Of a DNA stretch of 64,000 nt, positions 11,832 to 23,177 are shown one piece after another. The DNA is from Rhizodiscina lignyota (taxonomy: Eukaryota). The notes beneath the pieces were generated by a model, which had not been told where the DNA came from, did not search any database, and saw only the letters and a program-made list of their open reading frames with translations. The stretch spans positions 62,001 to 126,000 of the forward strand of contig ML978124.1 in assembly GCA_010015805.1 (NCBI GenBank), written 5' to 3'. Position numbers and translations under genes: made by a program. Numbering within the stretch: position 1 is the first letter of the stretch; the number at the start of each line of letters is the position of its first letter.

Positions 11832-13688
11832 ATGGCAGACCATCTAACCTCCGACGTCGAGAAGCCGGGCTTCGCGCCTGGGAAGGGAACCCATCAGTAC
11901 GATGAAAACATCGAAGAGCTGGTTCAGACCGAAGTTGAGGTCATCGAGCTCAGCGAGGAAGAAAAGAGCAAAGTTCTGCGAAAAATAGATTGGATATTGG
12001 TTCCACAGTTGACAATTTTGTACCTCCTGGCGTTCCTCGACAGAAGCAACAGTACGAAACATTCCGCCAAACAGATATTCGTTTAGCTGACACCAAACAG
12101 TTGGAAATGCGAAAATTGCCGGAATGACCGAAGATCTCAATCTTGTTGGCTTGGATTACAATGTCGCGCTATCAATCTTCTTCGTCTCCTATTCGTTCTT
12201 TGAGATTCCTAGCAACATCGTCCTCAAGATCATACGACCAAACATTTGGATCTCTCTCATCATGGTTGTGTGGGGAGTGATCATGACGCTGATGGGCATC
12301 GTGCAATCCTATTCTGGACTTCTTGCGGCCAGATTCTTCCTTGGAGTTGCAGAGGTATATTACTCAATTTGAGTTCGGCTGCAAATCCCCGCTAACGCCA
12401 TGACAGGCTGGCCTCTTCCCCGGCGCGACCTATTTGCTGACTCTCTGGTACCGACGTTACGAAGTCCAAAAGAGAATGGCGTGGTTCTATGTCGGTGCAT
12501 CGTTGTCAGGTGCATTTTCGGGATTGTTGGCATATGCGATCCAGAAAATGGACGGAATTGCCGGTCTTGGAGGGTGGCGATGGTATGGGTCTCCTCTCCG
12601 CGAACCCCGACAAATATTGACGATTTCTACAGGATTTTCATTCTTGAGGGCATTTTATCGGCAGTCGTCGGGTTCTGCATCGTCTTCACATTACCGAATA
12701 GCCCATGGACCGCGAAGTTCCTTACAAAGGAGCAGGCTCAATTCGTTGTGAGCAGATTGCAAGTCGAAACTGGATCTGGTGCTGGCCGCGTCACAAACGA
12801 CGATAAAATTAGACTTCATCACGTTATCAAGGCGCTGAAGGAGTGGAAAATTTGGATGGGTGTCATTTGCTGGTGGGGAAATGCTATCACGGTCTATGGG
12901 TATGTCTTTCTCGAGCAAGATTCAGCTCGATCGTCGCGCTAACGAAAAGCAGCTTTACATATACTGTTCCCACTGTGATTACGCAGCTCGGCTACAGCAA
13001 TGCGAACGCTGTAAGATTTCTCCAACTTGTACAGTCCGAGTAAAAACAAAATGCTAACCTTGGTGTAGCAACTTATGACCATCCCGATCTATGTTGCGGC
13101 CATGGTAGCAACTATTGTCCTGGCCTATATCTCTGATCGCTATCAACAACGAGCATGGGTCATCGCAGGTGGCTTTGGATTCGGATCTCTGGGGTTCCTC
13201 GCACTCCTTGTGGTGCCTCACCCCCGCTTGCCCGGTCTGACATACGGAATGTTGTTCCCCGCCGCAATGGGAATCTACGCGCCATTGATGCCTCTTCTCA
13301 GTTGGTTTGGTAAGTACAGCTGCATTGAATTTGGACATGTTAACAATCTTACTAACTCGATCCTCCGCAAACAGCTAACAACCTCGCCCCGTCCTCCAAG
13401 CGTGCAGTGGGCATGGCACTCTTGATCTGCTTCGGCAACCTTGGCGGAGGTCTCGTCGGTTCCAACATCTTCCTCGACAGGCTAAAGCCCCATTACTATG
13501 TTGGTTACGGAGTTTGCTTCGCCATCATGCTTGCGGCGTCTGCAACTGCCATTTTCTTGAGGACCGTCTACGCAAGGATCAATCACAAGCGCGATCAACT
13601 CACCGAAGCTGAGATCAGAGCGTTGTATACGGAAGGTGAACTCCTAGATATGGGTGACAAGAGTCCATTCTTCAGATATGCGTTGTAA
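11832..13688 (+). CDS. MFS transporter, anion:cation symporter family (Tna1/Dal5-like)
   Basis: Multi-exon; RKIDW..LAFLDRSN|IGNAKIAGM, EIPSN, ARFFLGVAE|AGLFPG, LGGWRW|IFILEG, NNLAPSSKRA and C-terminal GDKSPFFRYAL. Confidence 0.92.
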
Positions 13689-14692
13689 TTGGTCCTTCGC
13701 AGTTTAAAACCAGCGAAAGAATAGACACAGGAGAACAGTTAGACTACCATTTAATCCTGTACCAAGATTACCTAGAAATTAGACGCAGTAGAAATGTCAA
13801 AAAGTTACAATCAAGATGTCTCTTATAAATATTAGTTCAGGCCGAAGACGAATGATATCAAGTTGCGCCGTTCAAATGGGTCTCACATAACCACATGGCT
13901 TCTCTACATACGTACGAGCAGCCTTCTGACAAAACAATACAGCATATATCATGTGAACAATTAGTGCAAAGCTGAGAAGCCCGGGTTATGTAATGTCGGA
14001 ACTCGATTACTTAGCAAGACTAAGATGTCACACAACCCACAAAGCCTCCAATTATCTCACCAAAGGACTGTAGTCTCCTGTCCATTGAGACTGCAGAGAG
14101 GCATTCTTGCACGACCTCGTATCTTAGGCGCACGATGACTACTGTATCTGTCAGTGTTGAGTGGTGCCTCTGAAAACTGATATGTTGAGTATGCGATTTT
14201 ACCGGCCATAGGTTACGATAATTGATGTTTGGAATCACCCTACATAAACGATGGAATTCATTGAAATCTCTCAATTAAATGCTTGGACCACACATGCTGA
14301 ATGGAGTCTGCCTACAGCGTGAGGACACGTTATGCTCTGCTAAAGCACTTCCCGCGCGAGAGAGATATCCTTGAAAATACTCCAGCAGTCTCCGTATCCG
14401 GGAATGCAAGCAGCACATTCTTCTTACTTAAGCTTGGCAGGGTCGCTCCTTTAAAAAGATCATCTCATATAAAGTTCTTTCCTTCCAAGTTTTCTTGAAC
14501 ATATTATACGCATTACGCGTTTAACGCTTGAAGTTTATGACGTAGTGGGGCCGTCACATGAAAGTATCATCCAGTTACGTACTCCATCCTGCCAAGATTT
14601 CTTCAACCTCATCCAACTTACTCATTCACAGCAAAACTCCAACACGACTTCTTCTGCTGCTAGAGAATTGAAACGAGAGCAATATTAGCACA

Positions 14693-16236
14693 ATGGTTGT
14701 TCAGCACGGCGATGAACACGATATTCCCCATGAGCACAGAGTCCACAGGTAGGAAACCAAACCAACGCCACATTGTGGCGCAGACTGACTGAATGATTCA
14801 AGAACTGGTGGCTGGCTACCAGCGGATCACCGCGTCACCAGGCACTGGCTGAAGAAGACAATCGAGCATGTCGACAACAATCCAGAGGAGCTAGTCCCCA
14901 TACTCAAAGAATTCAAGAAGTTCATTGAGGGCAACACGCGAGTGTTCTACGAATGCAATGCCATGTTCGAAGAGATTCCGAACAAGAAGCCTTATTGCAA
15001 CGATCCAACAGGCACTAGTCAAATCAGAGACTACAGTCATATGCTGGACATTTTCAATCATGTCTTGACGACTGCGCCTCAATGGACCGATGCTGCTGAG
15101 AGTGTTGGAATGGTCGGCGTGCCTCTCCATGCTATTTTCGATTGGCCAATGGGAACTCCAAGGCAATACTCGACACCCACAATTTATGAAATATTTACCT
15201 AACATTACGCAGTGGTCATACTTTCTTTCTTGATCAAGAGGTCAATGTCTGGATCAAGAAGGTGCTTAATGAGTGGGGTAAATATCTTCTGGTATGCCAG
15301 CCGAAACAAAGCGAAAGACCCATCCCTGACTGAAAACAGACACCAGAATCAGCCGAAGTCTTGGGCGATCACACGGCAGGCTGGTTTGGCCCTACAGGTA
15401 AAAAGGATCTGCTTGCCGTGGCCAATGATGCCAGCGGGACTTCACTCGGCTTTGAAGAAATTTTTGTCTGCGATCCTTCCGCAAAGCACTACGGCTACAA
15501 ATCCTGGGATGGTATGAAAGCTCTGACAGCGGAGAAATTCAAGTCCTAACATGCACTAGATTTCTTCACTCGCAAAGTCAAGGATAGCGCTCGACCCGTT
15601 GCCTCTCCAGACGATGATAATGTCATCGCCAATTGCTGCGAGTCCAGACCATACAACGTGGCACATGGCGCAAAGTTGCGAGACCGTTTCTGGATTAAGG
15701 GCCAACCGTACTCTGTTCTAGATATGGTGGCACACGATAAGCTCGCCGAGCAATTCGAAGGCGCCACCATCTACCAGGCCTTCCTATCTGCATTGAGCTA
15801 TCATCGCTGGCACACGCCAGTCAGCGGAAAGATTGTGAAAGCATGGGTCGAGGATGGCACCTACTTCTCTGAGCCACTATTTGAGGGTATTGGCGATCCC
15901 ACTGTCAAGGACATTGACCCTCACGGCCTTGCCACTGCTCAGGGGTACATTTCTCATCTCGCAGCAAGAGCTATCATCTTCATCGAAGCTGACAATCCTG
16001 CGATTGGTCTCATGGCTTTCATTGGAATCGGCATGGATGAAGTCTCCACCTGCGAGATCACTGTGAAGGAAGGCCAACATGTCAAGAAAGGCGATGAGAC
16101 GGGCATGTTCCATTTTGGCGGATCGACGCATTGCTTGCTCTTCCGCAAGGGCGTCAAGGTCGAGGGTTTCCCTCATCCAGGTCGTGCGACTAACATCCCT
16201 GTGCGGAGCCAAGTGGCTGTCGTCAAGGGAAACTGA
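14693..16236 (+). CDS. Phosphatidylserine-decarboxylase-fold, pyruvoyl-dependent decarboxylase of the PsiD-like subgroup
   Basis: Four introns (14749-14802, GC-AG 15163-15212, two more); GGWLP, GVPLHAIFDWPMGTPSG, WDDFFTR, YQAFLSALSYHRWH and self-cleavage motif FHFGGST. Confidence 0.9.
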
Positions 16237-16799
16237 GACCTCCATTTGAGGAATCAGTATGAAGTTGGGTTCAAAATTTCCTGCTGCCTATTCGTCAGCT
16301 GCACCTCGATTCGTACTAAAAAATGTGTACATGTAACTTAGCACAAAAGCACAAATATGGAAATGGATACTCTCTCTTCTCTCCTGTTAAGTCATGTAAA
16401 ACCTGCGCATTACAAAACTTCGGTACTCTAGTGCACTCACATTATTAAATCCTGCAGGGCCTTTCTCCTCAAGTTCGGAGTTCGCTGTATAGCACAATGT
16501 CATGCCGTGAGCTCGTGACAAGAAGAGACAGTGTGAGAATATAGTTCTTGGGGCCATGAGTGTTCGTGTCGGAGCACAACTTCATTCACGTCCGCACAAA
16601 GCTTTGATCACTGTGTCACATGTGATGGTAGCGAGCCCCAACTGCAGTGGATATAAACTCAGATTTCCTTATCTACCTTCTTCAACCTCTAAAACATTCT
16701 CTTCTACTACATTCGAATATTTACACACCCCTTTATAGCACTGTGACAGTGTTCGGGAACTAGCATCATTCGTTGATCGTATCGGTCGAACTTTCACAA

Positions 16800-17867
16800 A
16801 TGGACGATCTCATCAAGCTTGCAAAATCCATTGCAGCGACAACCGTAAGTACAGCGAATTTACGGAAGACAATAGAGAACACTAACACTGTGCAGGTTGC
16901 AGGGTGTATCCAAACTCGCAAGGAACGCCGCACGTTAATTCAAGCACGTATCACCGAGTCGACGATTGCATATCCAAGTCTATGTGAGACAGACTCGAGT
17001 TCACAAAATGTACTTACCAAGTCGGCTCTGATGACCGCGGACTCGGACTCTACAACCGTCGGGTCCAAGAAGGTTGTAATGGAGGACCATTCGTTTCTGT
17101 ACTTGTCTCTTTCCTTCGTCAGGGAGACTCAGAAGCTAATATCGAGCAGGAAACTACCTGGTGAGATTAAGAATAGAATATATCACTACGTCTTTTGTTC
17201 AAAGTTCGTGGATGTCGAGCTCCATCTCTCACCATTCAGACCATCTCGTGATGGCTGGGGCGATTGGGAACTCGAACCCCTACCTGGAATTGTACTGGCG
17301 AATCGCCAAACCTACGCCGAGGCCTTTGCTCTGGCTTTCAAACATGTAGTCTTCAGCATAAACGACGAGATGTTGCTGGATATTGTTTTAGCACGGTGTC
17401 GTCCCAACTTTCGATCGCAAATTCGGCAGCTGGGGATGCGCTTTCCGATGCACTGTGGACCAAGTTTCTGGTGCAAGTTCCTTCCACAATGTACAGGTCT
17501 TGAGACGGTGTTTATTGAGCTAGACTTCCGCGCGTTTGACTCTCGGCAATTGTACAGAATCCCATTTGACCACATCGTAAATGCTATTTCGGCTGTTGTC
17601 AAGGCACTCTTCACGCTCAAGAAGCCGCAGGTCTTCTTCAGATGCTGCAACGATGAGTGGACGGGGGCGGTGGAGTGCGAAGCCCTGCGGCAGAATTTTT
17701 ACGAATTGGTTCTGGATGCTGTTCGCAAGTTTGCACCGGATTCCGAAGATCTCCGTTCTCGAGTCCAGAGCCAGTTCCATCTTGTTACTCATTTCTGTTG
17801 GAATCGACGACTAAGTGTCAATGACATTTGTCCTGAGACTTGTTCTTTGGAGAAAAAGTCCACATGA
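16800..17867 (+). CDS. Fungal hypothetical protein with F-box-like FLxLPGEIxNRIY motif
   Basis: Long ORF; probable intron (GTACTT..GCTAAT..CAG) gives SFL-KLPGEIKNRIYHYVF, followed by GIVLANRQTYAEA, typical of this widespread fungal family. Confidence 0.65.
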   Translation: MDDLIKLAKSIAATTVSTANLRKTIENTNTVQVAGCIQTRKERRTLIQARITESTIAYPSLCETDSSSQNVLTKSALMTADSDSTTVGSKKVVMEDHSFLYLSLSFVRETQKLISSRKLPGEIKNRIYHYVFCSKFVDVELHLSPFRPSRDGWGDWELEPLPGIVLANRQTYAEAFALAFKHVVFSINDEMLLDIVLARCRPNFRSQIRQLGMRFPMHCGPSFWCKFLPQCTGLETVFIELDFRAFDSRQLYRIPFDHIVNAISAVVKALFTLKKPQVFFRCCNDEWTGAVECEALRQNFYELVLDAVRKFAPDSEDLRSRVQSQFHLVTHFCWNRRLSVNDICPETCSLEKKST

Positions 17868-18089
17868 GGCAAACTGGCTTTAGCGGTTATAAAGGCAGTA
17901 AAATAACGGTGTTCCAGATGCCTACGGACATTGAAGGGTCGACGTAGCTACTGGCAAACACTTCTTGCTTAATTTCATTCAGGAGTTTGATTGTTGATAG
18001 TACTATTCTTCGGAACTCGTGTCCATAAAGAGAATCTTCATTAATATATTAAATGAAGAGAACGTCACCTCTTTCCCGGCAAACAATGA

Positions 18090-18383
18090 CTATGTAACAA
18101 TACCAATAAGGAAATAATGGCCACAGGGTGTATCAAATGATATGAAAGTCTTGCTCAATATATTCCGATTATCTAGAGCCTCGCCTTTCATGAGTCCTCG
18201 CAAGCGGCACGCCCCTGCGAGCTCGAATCTGTTTTCAGAGCGTGGTCGAAGGCAGAACGGCATATCGCCTCCATATAGCACGCACACAACATCCCCGGAT
18301 TTAGCCAAACGCGGAATCCATCCGATCTGGGAACCTTGAGCTTTTCTGTGCATACGCTTGCGAAGATAATTGCGATACAGCAA
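18090..18383 (-). pseudogene. C-terminal remnant of a HET-6-like protein
   Basis: GWIPRLAKSGDVVCVLYGGDMPFCLRP..FELAGACRLRGLMKGEAL resembles the C-terminus of the intact HET at 23178-25073 (GDSIWIVRGSRVPLILR..IVGGAYVHGFMHGEAL); no HET domain upstream. Confidence 0.72.
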
Positions 18384-18697
18384 GTTGATGGAATGGAAAC
18401 GGATCCTAAAGGTAGAAGGCTACCTGTCGTACGATACGATCACATATGGCGATCTCATATCGTACTTCTAGTGGGCCTCGCTCTCCCCAGAGTTCCCAGG
18501 ATTACGGCTTTTGATGTACCGATCAAGTGGGTCAGTAGTGCAGTTGAGCGTCTCCCCTCAACAACAGGATAACAAATTGGATGTAGGCCGCATTTGAGGT
18601 GGCCTTCGGGTAATCCATGGGCAAGGTTGTACATGAGGCTGAGGACTCAGCCTCAGCCTTCCCTCTTCCTGTTAGACAACCTTTCCACTAAACAGCA

Positions 18698-19390
18698 ATG
18701 GAGTTTCAGTCGAAAAGCTTCCAAAGTCTCCTCCAGATTGCGAACGACAACACAATCTCCGGTGCCGGAAAAGAATATTGGGAGGAATCAGGAGACGACC
18801 CGCCAAAGACTCTCTTCAAAAATCCCGCAACAGCCCAAGAGATTGCGACGCTAGAAGATCGTCTTGGAATAGCTTTGCCAAACGACTACAAAGAGTTTCT
18901 CGCCATCAGTAATGGCTTCGGCAGTGGCCATCTTGAAGACGGTATTTATAATGGATATTATCCCGAACCGGAGCTCTTCTCGGTGGATAAAGTAAACTGG
19001 AACTCCGAGCCTTACTTCCAACTTCCCATCGACCTCCTGGAGCTGCCATATGAAATCATCGGCCTCGCTAGCTCTTTCCCTGACTTTGACCGTGTACTCG
19101 AGATTGGAGTGAGGGATGTCGAAAATACCTGGCTCGTACGTCCTGAGCTTGTCGAGCGGGCCAGGGTGGCGTACATGGAGATGTACGAGAAGGCAGACGA
19201 TCAGCAAAAGAAGATTATTGAGAGAGCTATTGAAGAGTTTGTGGGAAGTAAGGAAGCTTTCGAGAAGCTGGAGTGGTGCTGTGTGAGATGGTCGGCTGGC
19301 GGTGCTGCGGCTATGCGCGGACATGCAGGATTTAGAAGATACGTTGAGCATGTAGTCAAACAGGGCACAGAGGATAGAGGGAAACCTTAA
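18698..19390 (+). CDS. SMI1/KNR4 (SUKH) domain protein
   Basis: Intronless 230 aa with the SUKH hallmark PATAQEIATLEDRLGIALPNDYKEFLAISNG. Confidence 0.85.
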   Translation: MEFQSKSFQSLLQIANDNTISGAGKEYWEESGDDPPKTLFKNPATAQEIATLEDRLGIALPNDYKEFLAISNGFGSGHLEDGIYNGYYPEPELFSVDKVNWNSEPYFQLPIDLLELPYEIIGLASSFPDFDRVLEIGVRDVENTWLVRPELVERARVAYMEMYEKADDQQKKIIERAIEEFVGSKEAFEKLEWCCVRWSAGGAAAMRGHAGFRRYVEHVVKQGTEDRGKP

Positions 19391-20301
19391 GATCTGATGC
19401 AGTCAAGAAGGAATAGATAGATCAAGTCATTCACTGTTTTACTCTCCTTGTAACGGCGTAGTCTATCTTGGCCTATTTAGTTAGTCAAAAACACTCTCGG
19501 CTGCCATAAGCTCCATATTGTCACTAGTGTTAACCATTTTTATATCAACAAGTTGCGTAGTGCAGAACTTTGACTCGGTGCAGGCAACATCCATTCTCTG
19601 CTAAGAAAAACAGCCACAAATGAAGAGCCCAAAACTTCTTTAAATGTCCTATTTCCATCTCTATATCAAGCTCCACGATAGCTCCAAGAAACTCATGGGT
19701 ATCTAGTAGCGTCCTCTTGAGCTTTGTTCATTAGAAAGAATGACGATTCCAGAACACAAGCTGATTATGCAAAAGGCAAAGTCTGTTTGATCGGGTGGAA
19801 AAGAGCAAATCTTTACTGTGCATAAGAAATTGTTTGCTCGCAGGATGATAAATCGATTCATCGTGAGCTAGGGCCATCCGAAAGGTTGTGTGATCACACT
19901 TAGTGCAAATCTACCTACAGCACTGTACATTTAGCAAACCCTTTTCTTCTGTCTCCGGTAGGACTTGAGAGACGCACAAACTTCTCAATAAATGGCCCAT
20001 AACAGTCATCTTGTCCCGATTTTCAGCAACTGAGCTTACGAAACAAATCAATGATAAAAAGTTGAAGGCACGATGGTAATATCTATCACCGATGATTTGC
20101 GTCGTTCGGTCAAGATTTCTAAATCATATGGCTCCTTCATTTCCGCGCTTCCATTCTTTGGCTACTGCTTGTTTGCTTTTGCACCAGCTGGACTTTGTGG
20201 TGGCGACATTTCCATGATATCAATTGACCGAGCCTTTACGATGTTATGACACTCTGGGACAGATTGAAAATTGGTCGCACGCAAAATATCCAGTGTTCGG
20301 C

Positions 20302-20949
20302 CTACTCTTTTCGCGCAATGACAAACACAAACGGCGCATCGTCATCGTCATTAGTGATTTCCTTCTCCACAATAGTAAGGCCAGCCTCTTGCACCATCTC
20401 CAAGCTCTTCTCCGTTCCAAAGCTGCTCCAGAACATACGCATCCCGAGCCAGTCATTCGAAATTAGCTTTGGAGTCTCCGCAGCAGCAAAGGAGCATAAC
20501 AAGTACCCGTCCTTTCTCAGCCAACGACCAATCCGCCCAATCAACTCCTTCTGATCCCCTTGCTCGAGGTGGATAATGCTGTAGAACGCAACCACGGTGT
20601 CGAAGCTGCCATCGGCAAACTCAAGTTCCATCATATCGCTCTCAATCATCTCGAAATTGGTCTTGCCACTCAATCGTTCCTTTGCCATGGCAATCTGAGT
20701 GCTGGATATATCATTCGCGGTGACGTGCTGGCATCTTTCTGCTAGTGATATGGTAACCGGGTCGCCCGCACCACAACCTAGCTCAAGCGCTGTTGCCGAA
20801 GTTGTCCTGTTACCAAGGTAGCCGTAAAGTTTATCAAGCATCAGAACGCGACGATGCGCGTGAGATTGCATCCATTCCAGATAGCGAGCAGCGCCCTGAT
20901 TGTATCCAGTACGCGAAAGCTCCTTCGGGTCATCTTGTGATGACTCCAT
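20302..20949 (-). CDS. Class I SAM-dependent methyltransferase
   Basis: Intronless 215 aa; ALELGCGAG, NDISSTQI, FDTVVAFYSIIHL and WLRKDG motifs. Confidence 0.88.
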   Translation of the reverse strand: MESSQDDPKELSRTGYNQGAARYLEWMQSHAHRRVLMLDKLYGYLGNRTTSATALELGCGAGDPVTISLAERCQHVTANDISSTQIAMAKERLSGKTNFEMIESDMMELEFADGSFDTVVAFYSIIHLEQGDQKELIGRIGRWLRKDGYLLCSFAAAETPKLISNDWLGMRMFWSSFGTEKSLEMVQEAGLTIVEKEITNDDDDAPFVFVIARKE

Positions 20950-21115
20950 AGCGGGCCGGATTGCAATATTTATTGTTCAGCAATGGGAATGATGAATGAC
21001 TGGCTAATTGAAATCTTATTGCATTGCCACGTGAGAGTAAACTTGGTGCCGCAAGTGCTTCGCAGCTGTTCCAATTTAAGCCAAAGCCAGGTGCCCGGGG
21101 TTATAAAAGACGCTG

Positions 21116-21190
21116 AATGCTTCTTAGAGTCATCAATGAGACTGTTTCTCAGAGTCATCAATGAGAATGCTTCTTGGAGTCATCAATGAG
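21116..21190. repeat. Three tandem copies of a 25-bp unit
   Basis: aatgcttcttagagtcatcaatgag / actgtttctcagagtcatcaatgag / aatgcttcttggagtcatcaatgag, directly adjacent. Confidence 0.9.
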
Positions 21191-21918
21191 AGCTTACCGC
21201 TGATGACAGTGGTTCTGGGCCATCCCGGCGGTGTCCTGTACAAGTTTAGCTTGACCGCCTTGTATATCAAAAGTGGAAGCCCGGAACGGATGAAAATCGG
21301 CTGAAAATCGGCTGAATCAGGTTCACTTCTAAGGATTTTCACCATCTCCAAGATCTGCTTTCAGCTGAGCAACGAGTCTCATAGAGCAGCATCGAAATGG
21401 GCGACTTTGTTGAATTTCACTGAACCACATTCAACTAATGACTCACTAGGCCTAGAGCCATCAAAGAGTGAGGATTGGGGAGCTTGAAATCTCTATGCCG
21501 GTTGAGTTGATCAACCTTCTTCAATCGGACAACGAAAATTTCCCAGTGAGCGCGCTTGTGGAGCGCCATCCAATGAGGAATCATGCACTCCCTTTGTGTA
21601 GTGACATCCATCTGATCTCCATCTGTCACATTAACCTCTCGCCACCCTGGAAAATTGAAACGGTCATATCTAGCCGTAGCCCTCAGTAAGAAATCAACCG
21701 TTTCCCCCAGACAATCCAAGACAGACCGTGACCACTCTTGATTTTTTTGCACTTCATTTCCATGTCAGCAACCAGAAAGGAACACTGCAGGACAGTGCAG
21801 GGACTTCGTGAGACTACACCATGTGTTCCTTGGCGAATGGCTTTTGCAGCGTGCATATACCCTGGAGCGCATAGTCCACATTTTCATATCGGTGCGTTAT
21901 TCTCATAAGCTGATACAA

Positions 21919-22892
21919 TCAGATGTCCTTGGTGACTCTCTCACCCTTCACGAGGATCGCAATGCTGCTACCTTCGCGGACCCGAAACCCTGGCAAGCCG
22001 ATGACTCCGAGAATTGCAGAAATAGCATAAGAATGAGTCGTGAGGGCGATGAATTGGTTCTCATCAGAAGCGAAAATGTCCTCGAGAACCCGCTGCTTCC
22101 TGGCCAGATGGTCTTCCGCACTCTCCGAACGTTCCGCCGACCAGAGCACATCTTCTTCGGAGAAGCCTGGCTCAACCGCGAACTCTGAGAACTGCTCCTT
22201 GATCCAGCTTTGGCTACTCCTTCGATCGCATGTGTGGTTTGTAAGTCTCTCGCGAAGTAATTCTTTCACAATCGGCTGGAACTGTGCTCCTTGCGCTTTC
22301 ATGGCCTTGGAGAACACCAGGCGGGTAGTCTCTAAACAACGCGTGAGGGGGCTACTGTAGATAGTTTCAGGGATAGGTATTTTATCATTGGCCACAGCGT
22401 CTATCCAGAATTGACCCAAGACTGTTGCTTGCTCGAGGCCTTCTTGATCCAGTCGTGAATCAGCCCACGTGACTTTTCCGTCTCCATCTAGGTGCGACCA
22501 ATGATCCTGTGAATGATCAGTAATAGCAAAGTATTTCAGAGCCCAAAATAAATTACATTCCACGATTCACTTGAGACTTTACTCATGAAAGCGTTGTGAT
22601 AACCGAAACCGTGTCTCGTGATGTAGAGAACTTTGTAACTCGTGTCCGGATCTTGCTTGTTCAAATTTTCAACATAGGCCTTGAACCGCTTCCAGGGTTG
22701 CCCGTCCATGTCTTTATGTTTGATTTCTTTTTTGCTTTTGCCATCTGTGTTATAGGGCCGATCGATGAGACCGAGTCCAGGCAGTGTTGTGGCCCGGAAG
22801 GACGAATCCTTTTGTGCCTTTTCCGAGTAGTTCTTGAAGAACTGCGGAAGAGCTTGGAATTTGAAGTGACATGTCGCTTCGTTGGCCGCCAT
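21919..22892 (-). CDS. Histidine phosphatase / phosphoglycerate-mutase family protein (Pmu1-like)
   Basis: ATG 22892; YKVLYITRHGFGYHN, intron 22507-22556, WADSRL, YSSPLTRCLET, HTCDRRS and IALTTHS. Confidence 0.9.
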
Positions 22893-23177
22893 AACTGCTA
22901 ATGTTATCGAGCAGATCTGGTTCTGCAGAAGCATAGAGAGCAAGGCTGCGAAAATTGTCCTGAGGGTCAAGAAGGAGCTGAAGATGACCACTCGGCCCCG
23001 CACTCAAAAAAGAAACGGACCCAATGGTCTGGTTCAGCCTCGATAAACTTCGCCCAGCAATTTAATTCTTGTTCCCTGCGTTTCGATGGCCTCAGGGAAG
23101 ACGAAAAGTACAATGTAGAATTAAATGCTCAGATCGAACGGCTGGCGCGGCTCCCGTCTATTTACTGACTGATAATC

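Noticed and set aside
21116..21190. CRISPR-like array
   Set aside because: Eukaryotic context, no unique spacers and no cas genes; it is a simple tandem repeat.
21435..21880. Possible small minus-strand gene downstream of the Pmu1-like gene
   Set aside because: Protein-like but no recognisable family or reliable start; cannot be supported.
11832..22892. Psilocybin-like cluster (PsiD-like gene, MFS, methyltransferase, phosphatase)
   Set aside because: No PsiK-type kinase or P450, the methyltransferase is not of the METTL16/PsiM type, and unrelated genes intervene.
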